A DNA stretch of 64,000 bases from an uncultured Candidatus Binatia bacterium (GTDB lineage: Bacteria > Desulfobacterota > Binatia > Bin18): positions 3,556,517 through 3,620,516 of the forward strand of contig OZ241744.1 of NCBI GenBank assembly GCA_965200965.1, given 5' to 3'. Positions 36,801 to 47,715 of the stretch are shown one piece after another. A program made the position numbers and the translations under genes. Every line of letters begins with the position of its first letter. The first letter of the stretch is position 1. The notes under the pieces are model-generated. The model did no database searches and was not told the origin of the DNA. It saw only the letters and a program-made list of their open reading frames with translations.

Positions 36801-38399
36801 ATGATCACCCTACGCTATACCGCCTGGGACGGGAGCCAGCGGGTTCAGCTGTCTGCCGACAAGGTTTTTCAAGAACTGGCCGACCATTTGTCGGCCACCG
36901 ACGACATGCGCCAGGCGATGGACAAACTCATGCGCCAGGGCGTAGACGGGGATAATGACGAGAAGCTCAAGGGCCTGGATGACCTCGTCCGGGAGTTGCG
37001 CGAAGAGATACGCGAACGCTGCCGCCAGGCCAACCTGCACTCGTCCCTGGACGAGATGCACGACAGACTCGCGCAGATTCTGAACCAAGAGCGCACCACG
37101 CTCCAGGAGCGCCGTCCACACAAACCCGAGCTGGACAAAAACGAGGCGTTTCTCGACCGTCTTCCCCAACGGCTGAGCGACAAAATGGACAAGCTCAGGC
37201 GCTATCCCTTTGAAGACCAAGCCGCCCAAGAGGCGTTTGACGAGTTCATGCAAGAGTTCGGGCATATTCGTTCCCTGGAGGACTTCCAGCGGCGCTACAA
37301 CGATCTGTTCAATGGTCCGCAGTCGCTCACCTATGACGAGGCCCTTGACCTGATGAAAGAGATGGCCCAGCTGCAAGAGATGGAGCAGAATCTGCTGTCC
37401 GGCCAGCCCGAGAAAATTGACCCCAGTATGCTCCAGGACATGCTCGGCCAGGGCGTGCTCCAGGACTTCCAGAACCTGCAACAGATGCAGGCGCTGTTGC
37501 AGGACGCCGGCTTTGTCGTCCCTCGGGAAGGGCGTCTGCTGCTGTCGCCCAAGGGCATCCGGCGCATAGGCCAGTTGGCGCTTCAGGATATCTATGCCGC
37601 CCTGCTCCGCGATCGCTCCGGTGCCCACGCCGCTGACCACCGGGGCATTGCCGAGATCAAGGTCAATGAAACCAGACCCTACACCTACGGCGATCCGTTT
37701 CATCTCGATTTGGTCGGCACCCTCAAAAAGGCGGTGACGCGAGGCGGCAGCGGGCTGCCGCTGCGCATCCAGCCCGAGGACTTTACAGTATATGAAACCG
37801 ACCATGCGACCACCACCTCGACCGTCCTGCTGCTCGATATGAGCTGGTCAATGAGTTGGGAGGGCCGCTTTGCCGCGGCCAAAAAAGTCGCCCTGGCCCT
37901 GGAAAGCCTGATTCGGACGCGCTATCCGCGCGACTATTTTGCGATCGTGGGCTTCTTTACCCGCGCGGTTGAGCTGAAAGTCAAAGACCTGCCCGAAGCC
38001 AGCTGGAATATGGGCGATCCCTTCACCAACCTCCAGGACGGTATTCGCCTAGCCTCAGACCTCATCCACCGCCACCCGAGCCACAACCGGCAGATTATTG
38101 TTGTCACCGACGGTCAGCCCACCGCCTATTTTTCTCACGGCCGGCTGTACTGCGAGTGGCCTTTGTCGTTTGGCGGCATCAGTATGCGGGCCGTCCAAGA
38201 AACGCTCAGAGAGGTCGAACGGGCGACCGGGCGGGGGGTGACTATTAATACGTTTATGCTTGACGACAGCCCGAGCCTGCGGGCCTTTGTCGAAAAAATG
38301 ACCCAACTCAACCGCGGCCGGGCGTTCTACACCCGGCCCGACAGCCTCGGAGAGTATCTGCTGGTGGATTACGTCTCCAAGAAGAAAAAGAAGCTCTAA
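36801..38399 (+). CDS. VWA domain protein (partner of the AAA+ ATPase)
   Basis: LLDMSWSM MIDAS motif, TN, VTDGQPTA; helical N-terminus. Confidence 0.88.
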   Translation: MITLRYTAWDGSQRVQLSADKVFQELADHLSATDDMRQAMDKLMRQGVDGDNDEKLKGLDDLVRELREEIRERCRQANLHSSLDEMHDRLAQILNQERTTLQERRPHKPELDKNEAFLDRLPQRLSDKMDKLRRYPFEDQAAQEAFDEFMQEFGHIRSLEDFQRRYNDLFNGPQSLTYDEALDLMKEMAQLQEMEQNLLSGQPEKIDPSMLQDMLGQGVLQDFQNLQQMQALLQDAGFVVPREGRLLLSPKGIRRIGQLALQDIYAALLRDRSGAHAADHRGIAEIKVNETRPYTYGDPFHLDLVGTLKKAVTRGGSGLPLRIQPEDFTVYETDHATTTSTVLLLDMSWSMSWEGRFAAAKKVALALESLIRTRYPRDYFAIVGFFTRAVELKVKDLPEASWNMGDPFTNLQDGIRLASDLIHRHPSHNRQIIVVTDGQPTAYFSHGRLYCEWPLSFGGISMRAVQETLREVERATGRGVTINTFMLDDSPSLRAFVEKMTQLNRGRAFYTRPDSLGEYLLVDYVSKKKKKL

Positions 38400-38409
38400 G
38401 CGCCCGGCC

Positions 38410-38976
38410 TCAGTCTGCGCCTGCGTACTCCGTCAGGTTCTGGAGTGCCCGCCGCTCCTCTGCCAACATCGCCGTAAACACCTCTTCTTCAAGCGCCCGG
38501 TAGCGCTCCAGGACAACCGCTACCTTGTCCTGACCCTCCTGTTTTGCCATCTGGGCCAGCTTTTCAGACACCCAGCCGAGATGGCGTTTTTCGTCATCCT
38601 GGAGTTCATCAAGGACCTTGCGGGTGGCGGCATCCACATCGGGCCGGGCGGCGTGCTCTTCGTAGCGCTTACGCGAGCGCTCTTCCACCACATAGGTCAG
38701 AGCGAGCAGGTCAAGCAGCTTTGACGGCAGGCCGATTTTGCTGCGTAAATGGCGATGATAGCCATTGTCGATGAGGACCGGGACGCCACCCAAGGCCCGA
38801 ATCCGCTCAGTCCACAGCCAAGCGTGTTTGGTTTCGTCGGCCAGATGTCGGGAGAGTTTCTCCTGGAGGCCGGGGTCGTCCATCCGGTTGATCAGGCGCA
38901 GAATAAGATCAGCGCCCCGCAGCTCAGCCTCACGGTAGTAATTAAATAGCAAAATATCGTGGGCGTTTTTATCCAT
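38410..38976 (-). CDS. Ferritin-like di-iron protein
   Basis: EAE...DETKH and EE...DEKRH paired motifs. Confidence 0.75.
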   Translation of the reverse strand: MDKNAHDILLFNYYREAELRGADLILRLINRMDDPGLQEKLSRHLADETKHAWLWTERIRALGGVPVLIDNGYHRHLRSKIGLPSKLLDLLALTYVVEERSRKRYEEHAARPDVDAATRKVLDELQDDEKRHLGWVSEKLAQMAKQEGQDKVAVVLERYRALEEEVFTAMLAEERRALQNLTEYAGAD

Positions 38977-39043
38977 TGCGCTCTCGCGGACCTTCTCGGA
39001 GCCGAACCGTCCGGCCCGGGGCAGACCTGATCGTGTGTGGGGC

Positions 39044-39811
39044 TTAGCCAGGGGAGGCATCCATGAGTCGGTCAATGCACGCTTGCAGCTCCGTCAGGCT
39101 GGAAATCTCATGCCCCGGTCGGGTCCTCCCCAACTCGTGTCGCACCTGGGACGGCAGATCGGCGAGGGCGAGGCGTTTCCGGTTCAGCCAGACGGTGTGA
39201 ATGCCGACGGCCTGGGCACCGGCAATATCGTGCAGCAACGAATCGCCGACATGCACGGCCTGTTCAACTCGGCAGCCGGCGGCCTCAAGCGCGGCCTGAA
39301 AGATGGCCGGATGGGGCTTGCCGCGCACAAACTCGCCGCCCACAAAAATGCGGTGAAAAAACGCCTCCAAGCCACTTGTTGTGACTTTGCTGCGCTGCAT
39401 GGCTGGCGCGCCGTTGGTAAGCAGACTGAGGTGGAAGCGCCGGCCGAGGCCGGACAGCACCGGCACAACATCCGAGAAGGGCCGACAGCGGTGGAGGCGG
39501 TGGTGCCAGTACAGGGCGGCGGCCTCACGCTCCACCGCGGGGTCATGACAGTCCCAGGTGGCCAGGGTTTCCTGCCAGACCGCCCCCAGCATAGCCTCGG
39601 GCGAAGACAGGTGGCGGAGGGAGCGGTCGTAGTCGCCCCAGGCCGTTTCTGACACCTGGCGGTAGGTCTGGACGAGGTCCGAGGCGGGAATGTCGGGCCA
39701 ACGCTGGCGAATGACTGCGCAGGCGCGGCCGAGCGCCTCACTCACCGCGTCTCCGTCATCGGCCAGCGTTCCGTCAAAATCAAAGAAAATTGCGCTGAGC
39801 ATGGGCTTCAA
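39044..39811 (-). CDS. HAD family hydrolase
   Basis: FDFDGTL, TNG, KPHP, VGDSLLHDI. Confidence 0.9.
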   Translation of the reverse strand: MKPMLSAIFFDFDGTLADDGDAVSEALGRACAVIRQRWPDIPASDLVQTYRQVSETAWGDYDRSLRHLSSPEAMLGAVWQETLATWDCHDPAVEREAAALYWHHRLHRCRPFSDVVPVLSGLGRRFHLSLLTNGAPAMQRSKVTTSGLEAFFHRIFVGGEFVRGKPHPAIFQAALEAAGCRVEQAVHVGDSLLHDIAGAQAVGIHTVWLNRKRLALADLPSQVRHELGRTRPGHEISSLTELQACIDRLMDASPG

Positions 39812-39949
39812 GGCAAGGATCTCGGGTAGGGTGCGGCTGCTTGCCGACCTGCATTGTGCGCTTTCTGCGTCGCTTATGCAATTGTCGCCGTCCGGCCTGG
39901 ACGCCTTGGCCCCGCCCCCTCGGTGGTATACTCAGCCGAGGAGGGGTGT

Positions 39950-41324
39950 ATGTCTCTGGCCAGGGCGTTGAGCGCTTTGCTGCCCGCCCGGCGTATCTCG
40001 ACCCGGGCCGCCGACCTCGAGGTAGCGGCTGGGGACGAGTCGGCGTGTGGGCCGGTCAGACCCCAGGCGGTCGCCTGGGCCGCTGTCTACCGAGGAGGTC
40101 AGCCGAGTCGTCTGCTATGCTTCGGCCCATGCCGTCCCGATTACGGCCCGGGGGCAGGTTCGAGCCTGGAGGGCAATCCGATTCCGGTACGCGGCGGGAT
40201 TGTGCTCGACCTGTCACGCATGGATGCGATTGTCGAGGTCCATCAGGAAGACTTGCAGGTCAGTGTCCAGCCCGGCATTGTCTATCAGCGGCTGAATGAG
40301 CAACTCAGCCCGTGGGGCATGTTTTTTCCGCCGTCACCCGGTGGCAGCTCGGATGTGACGACGATTGGCGGCATGGTCGCCAACAATGCCAGCGGTATCT
40401 ATTCGGTCAAATATGGCGGCACGCGCGAGCAGGTGAAGGCCGCCACGGTTGTCACCGGCAGCGGACAAGTCCTCGACCTCGGCACCCGGTGTCGCAAAAC
40501 CTCCTCCGGCTATCACCTGCCCGGCCTCGTGGTTGGCTCAGAGGGCACGCTGGCGATCGCCACCCAACTCACCCTGTCCCTGGCCGGACTCCCCCAGGGC
40601 AGAAAACAGGGTGCCCTGAGGTTTTCGACCGGGAAGGACGCGGCGACCGCTATTGCGACAATGATGCGCTACGGCCTTGATCTGGCCGCGGTCGAATTTC
40701 TCGATCGGCGCTCCATCGCCGCCCTCAACCGTTACCGGGGGTTTGGTTGGAGGAGCAGCCGTCGCTGTTTCTTGAGGTCCACGGTGCGCCATCCGCGCTT
40801 GATGAGGTGTTTGCAAGCGCCCAGGCGTTGTGTGTAGAACAAGCGGGTGCGCTATCGTCCTGCCCGATGGACGTAATCCTTGGGAAGTGCGCCACTTCAC
40901 CACCCGGTCGATTGAGGCGTTGAGGCCCGAGGGCTGAACGATCCGAACCGATACGGGCGTTCCTCTCTCACGTCTGCCCGAGGCGATTGAGCGGAGCTAT
41001 GCGCTTGCCAAGCGCCACGGGGTCGTCCTGCATACCTTTGATCATGCCGGGCTCGGTATTGTCCACGCCTTGCTGCGGGAGGACCCGCCCGATGCCAAAC
41101 GCTGGGCAGCCGCCCAGCGGGCAAAAGATGACATTGTGGCGTTTGTCCTGTCGGTCGGCGGCACAGCCTCGGGTGAGCACGGGATCGGCTTGGGGAGTCG
41201 GAAGTACATCACCCAAGAGCACGGCCCAAGCCTTGAACTGATGAAGCAGGTCAAGCAGGTGTTTGATCCCAAACACATCCTGAATCCGGGCAAGATATGG
41301 CCGGACGAAACCGCCGGCGGATGA
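39950..41324 (+). pseudogene. FAD-linked oxidase (GlcD / D-lactate dehydrogenase-like) with multiple frameshifts
   Basis: GAGSSLEG, TIGGMVANNASG, GSEGTL, HAG and GEHGIG...FDPKHILNPGK segments lie in different frames. Confidence 0.85.
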
Positions 41325-41331
41325 CCGGCCT

Positions 41332-42495
41332 CTAGCGGAAGGCTCGAAAGAAGGCCCGGATGTCTTCGACGAGTTGCCCCGGCTCCTCGGCGTGGGCAAA
41401 GTGTCCGCCGGCAGTCATCAGTGACCAGTGGGTGAGATTGTAGTAGCGTTCGGCCCACCGGCGCGGCATGAGTGCCAGTTCCTGGGGAAAGACAGCGATA
41501 CCGGTCGGCGACTCAACCACTGGCCTGCGGTCGTGCGACGGCGTCCACAGGTGGTGTTTGGCCTCGTAGTAATAGCGCACCGAGGTGACAAAGGTCTCAG
41601 TCACCCAGTAGATCATCATCGTATTCAGCAAGTCGTCTTTTGAAAAACGCCGCTCAACCTCGCCCCCGCAGTCACTCCAGTTCCGCCGCCGTTCCAGAAT
41701 CCAGGCGCACAGGGCAACCGGCGAATCATGCATGCCATAGGCCAGGGTTTGCGGGTCGGTGGTTTGGACCACAATGTGGCTGGTCGCGCCCTGCATCCGG
41801 GTTTGCATACGCTCATACCAGCCTTCCTCGCCCGGGCCGTAGTCTGTGGGATCGACCTGCTCACCGGAAAAGAAGCCCAACGGAAGCGCCAGATTGATAT
41901 GCGTGCCGATCACATGCCGGGCGTACTTGTGGCCGAGCTGCATAGTGACCAGCGCGCCCCAGTCGCCGCCCTGGGCTCCAAAGGTGTCATAGCACAGCAC
42001 GTCCTGCATCAGCCTGAGCCACAGGTCGGCGGTGCGGACGAAGTTGATGCCCGGTGTGGTCAGGGGAGAGGAAAAGCCAAAACCGGGCAGCGACGGAACG
42101 ACTACATCAAAGGCGTCCCTGGGGTCGCCGCCAAACGAGGCCGGGTCGGCCAGCGGGCGGATGACGTGTTTGAAATCCCAGAAGGTCCACGGCCAGCCGT
42201 GGGTCAGGATTAGTGGGATGGGCGCAGGGCCTGTGCCCAGCTCATGAATAAAGTGGAGCGGCACGCCCTCGATGGTGGTCTTGTAGTTGGCAAAGGCGTT
42301 GATCTCGCGTTCGGTGGCACGCCAGTCATAGCCGTCCAGCCAGTATGCGACCAGCTCCATCAGGTAGGCTTTGTTTGTGCCATAGGCCCAGTCGGCATTG
42401 TTGAAATCGTGCGGCCAGCGGACCCGGCTCAGGCGACTCCGCAGGTCGGCCAAGGTCTCCCCGGCAACAGCAATGGTAAACGGCTCTTTTTGCAT
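41332..42495 (-). CDS. Epoxide hydrolase
   Basis: EHN N-terminus, THGWP, GGDWG, GGHFAH. Confidence 0.92.
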   Translation of the reverse strand: MQKEPFTIAVAGETLADLRSRLSRVRWPHDFNNADWAYGTNKAYLMELVAYWLDGYDWRATEREINAFANYKTTIEGVPLHFIHELGTGPAPIPLILTHGWPWTFWDFKHVIRPLADPASFGGDPRDAFDVVVPSLPGFGFSSPLTTPGINFVRTADLWLRLMQDVLCYDTFGAQGGDWGALVTMQLGHKYARHVIGTHINLALPLGFFSGEQVDPTDYGPGEEGWYERMQTRMQGATSHIVVQTTDPQTLAYGMHDSPVALCAWILERRRNWSDCGGEVERRFSKDDLLNTMMIYWVTETFVTSVRYYYEAKHHLWTPSHDRRPVVESPTGIAVFPQELALMPRRWAERYYNLTHWSLMTAGGHFAHAEEPGQLVEDIRAFFRAFR

Positions 42496-42544
42496 AAGAT
42501 ACTCCGCTCAGGGGTGTCCTCTCCAGCCGCCGGCTGAGGAGGGG

Positions 42545-43336
42545 TTAGTAGGCTGACAAGCCGCCGTCGCCGGGAATCGCAACGCCGTTGACCATGCGTG
42601 ACTCGTCTGCGGCCAGGAACAGGGCAATCTGGGCGATGTCTTCCGGCTCGCCGACCGAGAAGGGATATTTTTCTATTTGGGTTTTGAGGTTGATGGCGGC
42701 CGCCTGGGCGTTGGGGGCGGGGATGTCGAGGCTCTCGCCAAAGCGCTGCTTGACCCGGTCGGTCATAATCACGCCGGGACAGATGGCGTTGGCCCGGATG
42801 TTGTTTCTGGCGTAGGTCCCGGCCAGGACTTGGGTCAAGGCGATGATGCCGCCCTTGGCCGAGGTATAGACATGGAGAGGAAACGAGCCGCGCAGGGCCA
42901 CAACGGACGACATATTGATGATCGAGCCGCCCCCGTTGTCAATGAGTTTGGGGATGCCGTGACGACAGCACAGAAAGGTGCCCAGCAGGTCAAGCGAGAT
43001 GGTGTGGTCCCAGACCGACATATTGACCTCGGTGACTTTGCCGTCTTCGACGATGGAGCCGCCGGCGCTGTTGTACAGCACGTCGATCTTGCCGTAGGCC
43101 TCAAGCGTGGTGTTGATCGCGTTTTTCACGCTGTCTTCTTTGGTGACATCGGTTTCCACAAAGGTCGCCTCACCGCCCCCCTGCCGGACCAGCTTTTCGG
43201 CCGCTTGGCCTAGCTCGGGTCGCAGTTCAGCGATCACAACCTTGGCACCTTCCCGGCTGAAAATCTGCGAGGCTGCCCGCGCAATGCCCGAGCCGCCGCC
43301 GGTAATGAACGCCACTTTTCCGTCGAGTCGTCCCAT
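42545..43336 (-). CDS. Short-chain dehydrogenase/reductase
   Basis: TGGGSGIA, YTSAK, NAICPG. Confidence 0.92.
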   Translation of the reverse strand: MGRLDGKVAFITGGGSGIARAASQIFSREGAKVVIAELRPELGQAAEKLVRQGGGEATFVETDVTKEDSVKNAINTTLEAYGKIDVLYNSAGGSIVEDGKVTEVNMSVWDHTISLDLLGTFLCCRHGIPKLIDNGGGSIINMSSVVALRGSFPLHVYTSAKGGIIALTQVLAGTYARNNIRANAICPGVIMTDRVKQRFGESLDIPAPNAQAAAINLKTQIEKYPFSVGEPEDIAQIALFLAADESRMVNGVAIPGDGGLSAY

Positions 43337-43427
43337 AATCGCCTCCTTGTGTCAGCATGCTCAGCCCAGGGGATTATGCCCCCTTCTGGTCGGCACAGGC
43401 AACAGGGCGAGATGAGAGGGGAGCGGG

Positions 43428-43880
43428 CTAGCGGTCGGTGTGGCCAAAGCCGCCGCTTCGGTCGCTGGTGGCCAGCTCTTCCACCTCGTGCCAGGCAACC
43501 CGGGCTACCGGGGTGACAACGAGCTGGGCGATGCGCTGGCCGCGCCTGATGCGGACTGGTTGCCGGCCGAGGTTGATGAGCAGGATGTGGACCTCAGCGC
43601 GATAGTCGGCGTCAATTGTGCCAGGTGTGTTCAGGACGGTCAGACCGGAGCGCAGGGCCAAACCGCTGCGGGGCCGGACCTGGGCTTCGTATCCCTTGGG
43701 CAGGGCCAGGGCAAAACCGGTCGGGATCAAGGACCGCTCCAGCGGGGCTAGGCTGAGCTCGGCCGGGAGGTCGGCGCAGATGTCGAGGCCGGCGGCACCG
43801 GCCGTCATGTAGCGGGGCAGGGGCAGCGGGTCGGGCGCGTGACGGAGGCGGGTGATGGGGACCCGCACGGTGTTGCTCAT
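43428..43880 (-). CDS. dut: dUTPase
   Basis: AGLD, RPRSGLA, GTIDADYR, RIAQL, GGFGHT. Confidence 0.95.
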   Translation of the reverse strand: MSNTVRVPITRLRHAPDPLPLPRYMTAGAAGLDICADLPAELSLAPLERSLIPTGFALALPKGYEAQVRPRSGLALRSGLTVLNTPGTIDADYRAEVHILLINLGRQPVRIRRGQRIAQLVVTPVARVAWHEVEELATSDRSGGFGHTDR

Positions 43881-43894
43881 GCCGGTCTGCCGAG

Positions 43895-45151
43895 TCAGAG
43901 GCTAATCAACGCCTGATAGCAGCTCACCGCCGGCGGTTTGCCCAGCAGAGTCAGGGTCAGGGTGTTGGGCCGAAAACACTCGGCGGCTACCGCCTGCACA
44001 TCTTCAAGGCTGACGCGCTCAATGTCTGCCAGGACTTCGGCAAGTGGAATATCGCGCTGAAAACACACTTCACACCGCGCCAGCCGGTACATCCAGGCTT
44101 CGCTCGTTTCGAGCTCGAGCAACAGGCTGCCGGTGGTCTGGCTTTTGGCACGCTGCAACTCTTCAGCGGAGATCCCGGACCGCGCAAGCTCGGCCAGGAT
44201 GTGACAGCTCAGGCGCATGGCCTCGGGGACCGAGCCGGGGCTGGTGGACAGACATATCCCCAGATAACCGGCGTCCCGGGCTGAGAACAGAAACGAATTG
44301 ATGTCATAGACTAGGCCGTATTTCTCCCGAATTTCTTGAAATAGGCGGGAACTCATCCCGCCGCCCAGGACGCTGTTGAGCAGCTGGGCCGCGTGCCACT
44401 CGGGGGCGGTCTGCGAGACACACGGCACGCCGAGGTTGAGGTACGTTTGTTCAAGCTCGCGCGGGTGGACGGTAACGCCGGGACGGATGACGGGCGGGGT
44501 GTCATGGCGGGCAGGGGCGGTGCCGGTCAGGATCGACAGGGCCGGTCCAAGCGTGTCAAGCAGCGTCGTGTGGGAAGCTCCGCCGGCCATGCTGACAAAG
44601 ATGCGCTGGGGGCGGTAGTGGTGGTGACGGTAGCGCAGCAGATCATCCCGCCGCAGCCGTGAGACCGAATCCAGCGTGCCGGTTATCGGCCAACTCAGGG
44701 GATGGTCGGGCCAGAAGTCACGATGAAACAGATCGCTAGTCAGATCGTCGGGTTGATCTTCGCTCTGGGCAATCTCTTGGCCGATAACCGAGCGTTCGTG
44801 TTCGATCTCGTCGTCTGGAAAGTTCGAGTGGAGGAGGATATCGCTCAGCAGGTCAAGGGCCAGCGGCAGGTGTTCGTTCAGGCTGCGTGTGTAATAGCAG
44901 GTGTACTCTTTGCCGGTGAAGGCGTCGAGCGTGCCGCCGATCGCGTCGATTTCCTGCGCAATCTGGGAGGCGCTGCGCCGTGCCGTGCCCTTGCAGAAGA
45001 GGCGCTCCAGGAAGTGGGAGATGCCGCTGTGGTGGGATGGTTCATCGGGCGAGCCGCCCTCAACCCACACGCCTACGGCGGCCGTGGCCATGCCGGCGAT
45101 CTCTTGGGACAGCAGGCGTAGCCCATTGTCGAGAACTGTACGGTGGACCAT
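43895..45151 (-). CDS. M16 (pitrilysin family) peptidase with an altered Zn motif
   Basis: HFLER in place of HxxEH; AFTGKEYT, GGGMSSRLFQEIRE; pnp-M16-dut order. Confidence 0.88.
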   Translation of the reverse strand: MVHRTVLDNGLRLLSQEIAGMATAAVGVWVEGGSPDEPSHHSGISHFLERLFCKGTARRSASQIAQEIDAIGGTLDAFTGKEYTCYYTRSLNEHLPLALDLLSDILLHSNFPDDEIEHERSVIGQEIAQSEDQPDDLTSDLFHRDFWPDHPLSWPITGTLDSVSRLRRDDLLRYRHHHYRPQRIFVSMAGGASHTTLLDTLGPALSILTGTAPARHDTPPVIRPGVTVHPRELEQTYLNLGVPCVSQTAPEWHAAQLLNSVLGGGMSSRLFQEIREKYGLVYDINSFLFSARDAGYLGICLSTSPGSVPEAMRLSCHILAELARSGISAEELQRAKSQTTGSLLLELETSEAWMYRLARCEVCFQRDIPLAEVLADIERVSLEDVQAVAAECFRPNTLTLTLLGKPPAVSCYQALISL

Positions 45152-47254
45152 CTAGCGCTTCCCGCCTGCCCGGTGCTGTTCGTTGAGCGCGTCTTTGTGG
45201 CTGAGGCGAATTTTTCCCTGGCGATCGATGTCCAGGACTTTGACCGGGATTTCATCGCCTTCCTGGACCACATCCGTAACCCGCCGCACGCGCTCGTCGC
45301 TGAGTTGGGAAATATGGACAAGGCCATCACGGCCGGGCAAAATCTCCACAAATGCCCCAAAGTCCATGACTTTTTTGACTAGGCCGTTATACACCTGTCC
45401 GATCTCGGCTTCGGCCGTGACGCGCTCGATCCTGGACATGGCTTTTTCCAAGGACTCGGTATCGGGTGAGGCGATACATACCGTGCCGTCGTCTTCCACG
45501 TCGATCTTGGCCCCCGTCTCCTCAACAATTGAGCGAATCATCTTGCCGCCCGGGCCGATGATATCGCGGATTTTGTCCGGGTTGATTTTGAGCGTATGGA
45601 TGCGCGGGGCAGAGGCGGCCACCACCGTCCGAGGCGCTTCGAGGGCGCGGACCATCTCGTTCAGGATATGCAGGCGGCCCTCCCGGGCTTGATACAGGGC
45701 TTGGCGCATAATCTCACGCGTGACGCCTGAGATTTTGATATCCATTTGCAGGGCGGTGATCCCTTCGCTTGTCCCGGTCACTTTGAAGTCCATGTCGCCG
45801 AGGTGGTCTTCATCGCCCAGGATGTCGCTCAGGATGCGGACCTCTTCGCCCTCTTTGATCAGGCCCATGGCAATGCCGGCAACCGGAGCGCTGATGGGTA
45901 CGCCGGCGTCCATCAGTGCCAGGGTACCGCCGCACACGCTAGCCATAGAAGACGAACCGTTGGATTCAAGGATTTCTGATACAATGCGGATGGTGTAGGG
46001 AAACTCGTGGGCCGCGGGTTGGACGGCAGACAGGGCGCGTTCGGCCAGCGTTCCGTGGCCAATCTCGCGCCGGCCGGGGTTGCGCATGGGACGGACCTCG
46101 CCCACGCTGAAGGGCGGGAAGTTGTAGTGCAGCATGAAGCGTTTGGAGTGTTCGCCGGTCAGGCTGTCAACCCGTTGCTCATCTGAGGCCGTGCCCAAGG
46201 TGGCGACAACCAGGGCTTGGGTTTCGCCACGGGTGAAAACGGCCGAGCCGTGGGTACGAGGAAGTACGCCGACCTCACAGGTAATCGGGCGGATATCGGC
46301 CGGGCCACGCCCGTCTACGCGGCGGTTCTCCCGGACGACCGCTGTGCGCAGCAGTGAGCTGGTCAGTTCTTCAAAGACCTCGGCAATGTCCTGTTCCCGG
46401 CCTTCGTACTCGTCGGCCAGCGTGGCTGAGACCTCGCTGCCGGCCGCGTGAATTGCGCTGCCGCGTTCATGTTTGGCCGGGATAAACAGCGCTTTTTCGA
46501 TCTGTGGGGTGGCGAGTGCTGTGACCCGGTCGATCAACTCGGTATCGGGCACGGCCACCTCAAGGCCGCGTTTTGGCCTGCCGGCCACGCGGGCGAGTTC
46601 ATCCTGGGCATCAAGGACCGGGGCCACCGCCTCTTGGGCCAGGAAGAGGGCTTCAAGCATGTCTTCTTCTGGGACAACGCGGGCACCGCCCTCGACCATG
46701 ATGATCGCGTCGCGGCCGGCTGCGACAAACAGATTCATATCGCTCTCTTCAAGGTGACTGAGGGTCGGGTTGACCACCAGCGTCCCGTGCCGATGCCCGA
46801 TACGGACGCCGGCAATAGGACCCCGGAACGGGATGTCTGAGACGTGTAAGGCCGCGGAGGCACCGATCAGGGACAGGGTATCGGCGTCGTTTTCACGATC
46901 GACCGATAAGACGGACGCCACCAGCTGGGTCTCGCACCTGAATTCCTTTGGGAACAGTGGGCGGATGGCGCGGTCGATTAAACGAGATATCAGAATCTCC
47001 CGGTCGGATGGTCGGCCTTCGCGTTTGATGAAGCCGCCCGGAATTTTACCCGCCGCATAGGTGCGTTCCTGGTAATCGACGGTCAGGGGGAAGAAATCGG
47101 CCCCCTCCCGGACGGACATGGAGGCGACCGCGGTGACGAGCACAACGGTTTCGCCGTAGGACACCACTGCCGCGCCGCTGGCCTGTTTTGCCCAGCGACC
47201 GGTCTCAATAGACAGTGGCCGCCCGTAAAATTCCATTTCTATTTTTTTATACAT
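45152..47254 (-). CDS. pnp: Polyribonucleotide nucleotidyltransferase
   Basis: [33 protein letters not shown] and S1 domains. Confidence 0.98.
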   Translation of the reverse strand: MYKKIEMEFYGRPLSIETGRWAKQASGAAVVSYGETVVLVTAVASMSVREGADFFPLTVDYQERTYAAGKIPGGFIKREGRPSDREILISRLIDRAIRPLFPKEFRCETQLVASVLSVDRENDADTLSLIGASAALHVSDIPFRGPIAGVRIGHRHGTLVVNPTLSHLEESDMNLFVAAGRDAIIMVEGGARVVPEEDMLEALFLAQEAVAPVLDAQDELARVAGRPKRGLEVAVPDTELIDRVTALATPQIEKALFIPAKHERGSAIHAAGSEVSATLADEYEGREQDIAEVFEELTSSLLRTAVVRENRRVDGRGPADIRPITCEVGVLPRTHGSAVFTRGETQALVVATLGTASDEQRVDSLTGEHSKRFMLHYNFPPFSVGEVRPMRNPGRREIGHGTLAERALSAVQPAAHEFPYTIRIVSEILESNGSSSMASVCGGTLALMDAGVPISAPVAGIAMGLIKEGEEVRILSDILGDEDHLGDMDFKVTGTSEGITALQMDIKISGVTREIMRQALYQAREGRLHILNEMVRALEAPRTVVAASAPRIHTLKINPDKIRDIIGPGGKMIRSIVEETGAKIDVEDDGTVCIASPDTESLEKAMSRIERVTAEAEIGQVYNGLVKKVMDFGAFVEILPGRDGLVHISQLSDERVRRVTDVVQEGDEIPVKVLDIDRQGKIRLSHKDALNEQHRAGGKR

Positions 47255-47281
47255 GGGGGCTCCTTCTGCTGACAGAAGTGG

Positions 47282-47317
47282 ACGATGATGTCTTCTTGAC
47301 GAGGTGGTCATCATCGT
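47282..47317 (-). promoter_or_regulatory. Stem-loop in the rpsO-pnp intergenic region
   Basis: acgatgatg...catcatcgt 9-bp inverted repeat; G10 run at 47331-47340. Confidence 0.4.
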
Positions 47318-47375
47318 TCGCTTTTGGGTTGGGGGGGGGGCCTGCGCCCCGGCTGAGAAGCAGAGCGTAACTCGC

Positions 47376-47648
47376 CTAGCGGCGGAGTCCGAGACGGCTG
47401 ACCATCGTCCGGTAGCGCTGGGGATCAATGTTGCGAAGATAGTCAAGCAAACGACGACGGCGGCCAACGAGTAGGAGCAGGCCACGTCGCGAGTGGTGAT
47501 CTTTGGCGTGGGTTTTAAAATGCTCGGTGAGGTAGATGATCCGCTTGGTCAACAGCGCGATCTGGACTTCCGGGGAACCGGTGTCCTGTTCATGCGTCCG
47601 GTACTCTTCGATCGTCTCACGTTTCTGGATGGCGGTCTGCACGCTCAT
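47376..47648 (-). CDS. rpsO: 30S ribosomal protein S15
   Basis: [23 protein letters not shown]. Confidence 0.98.
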   Translation of the reverse strand: MSVQTAIQKRETIEEYRTHEQDTGSPEVQIALLTKRIIYLTEHFKTHAKDHHSRRGLLLLVGRRRRLLDYLRNIDPQRYRTMVSRLGLRR

Positions 47649-47715
47649 TCTCTCTCCTTTTCTGTCGGAATAGGCGTAGCAGGGATTCTAACACGCTGTT
47701 TTCACACTGTAAAGA

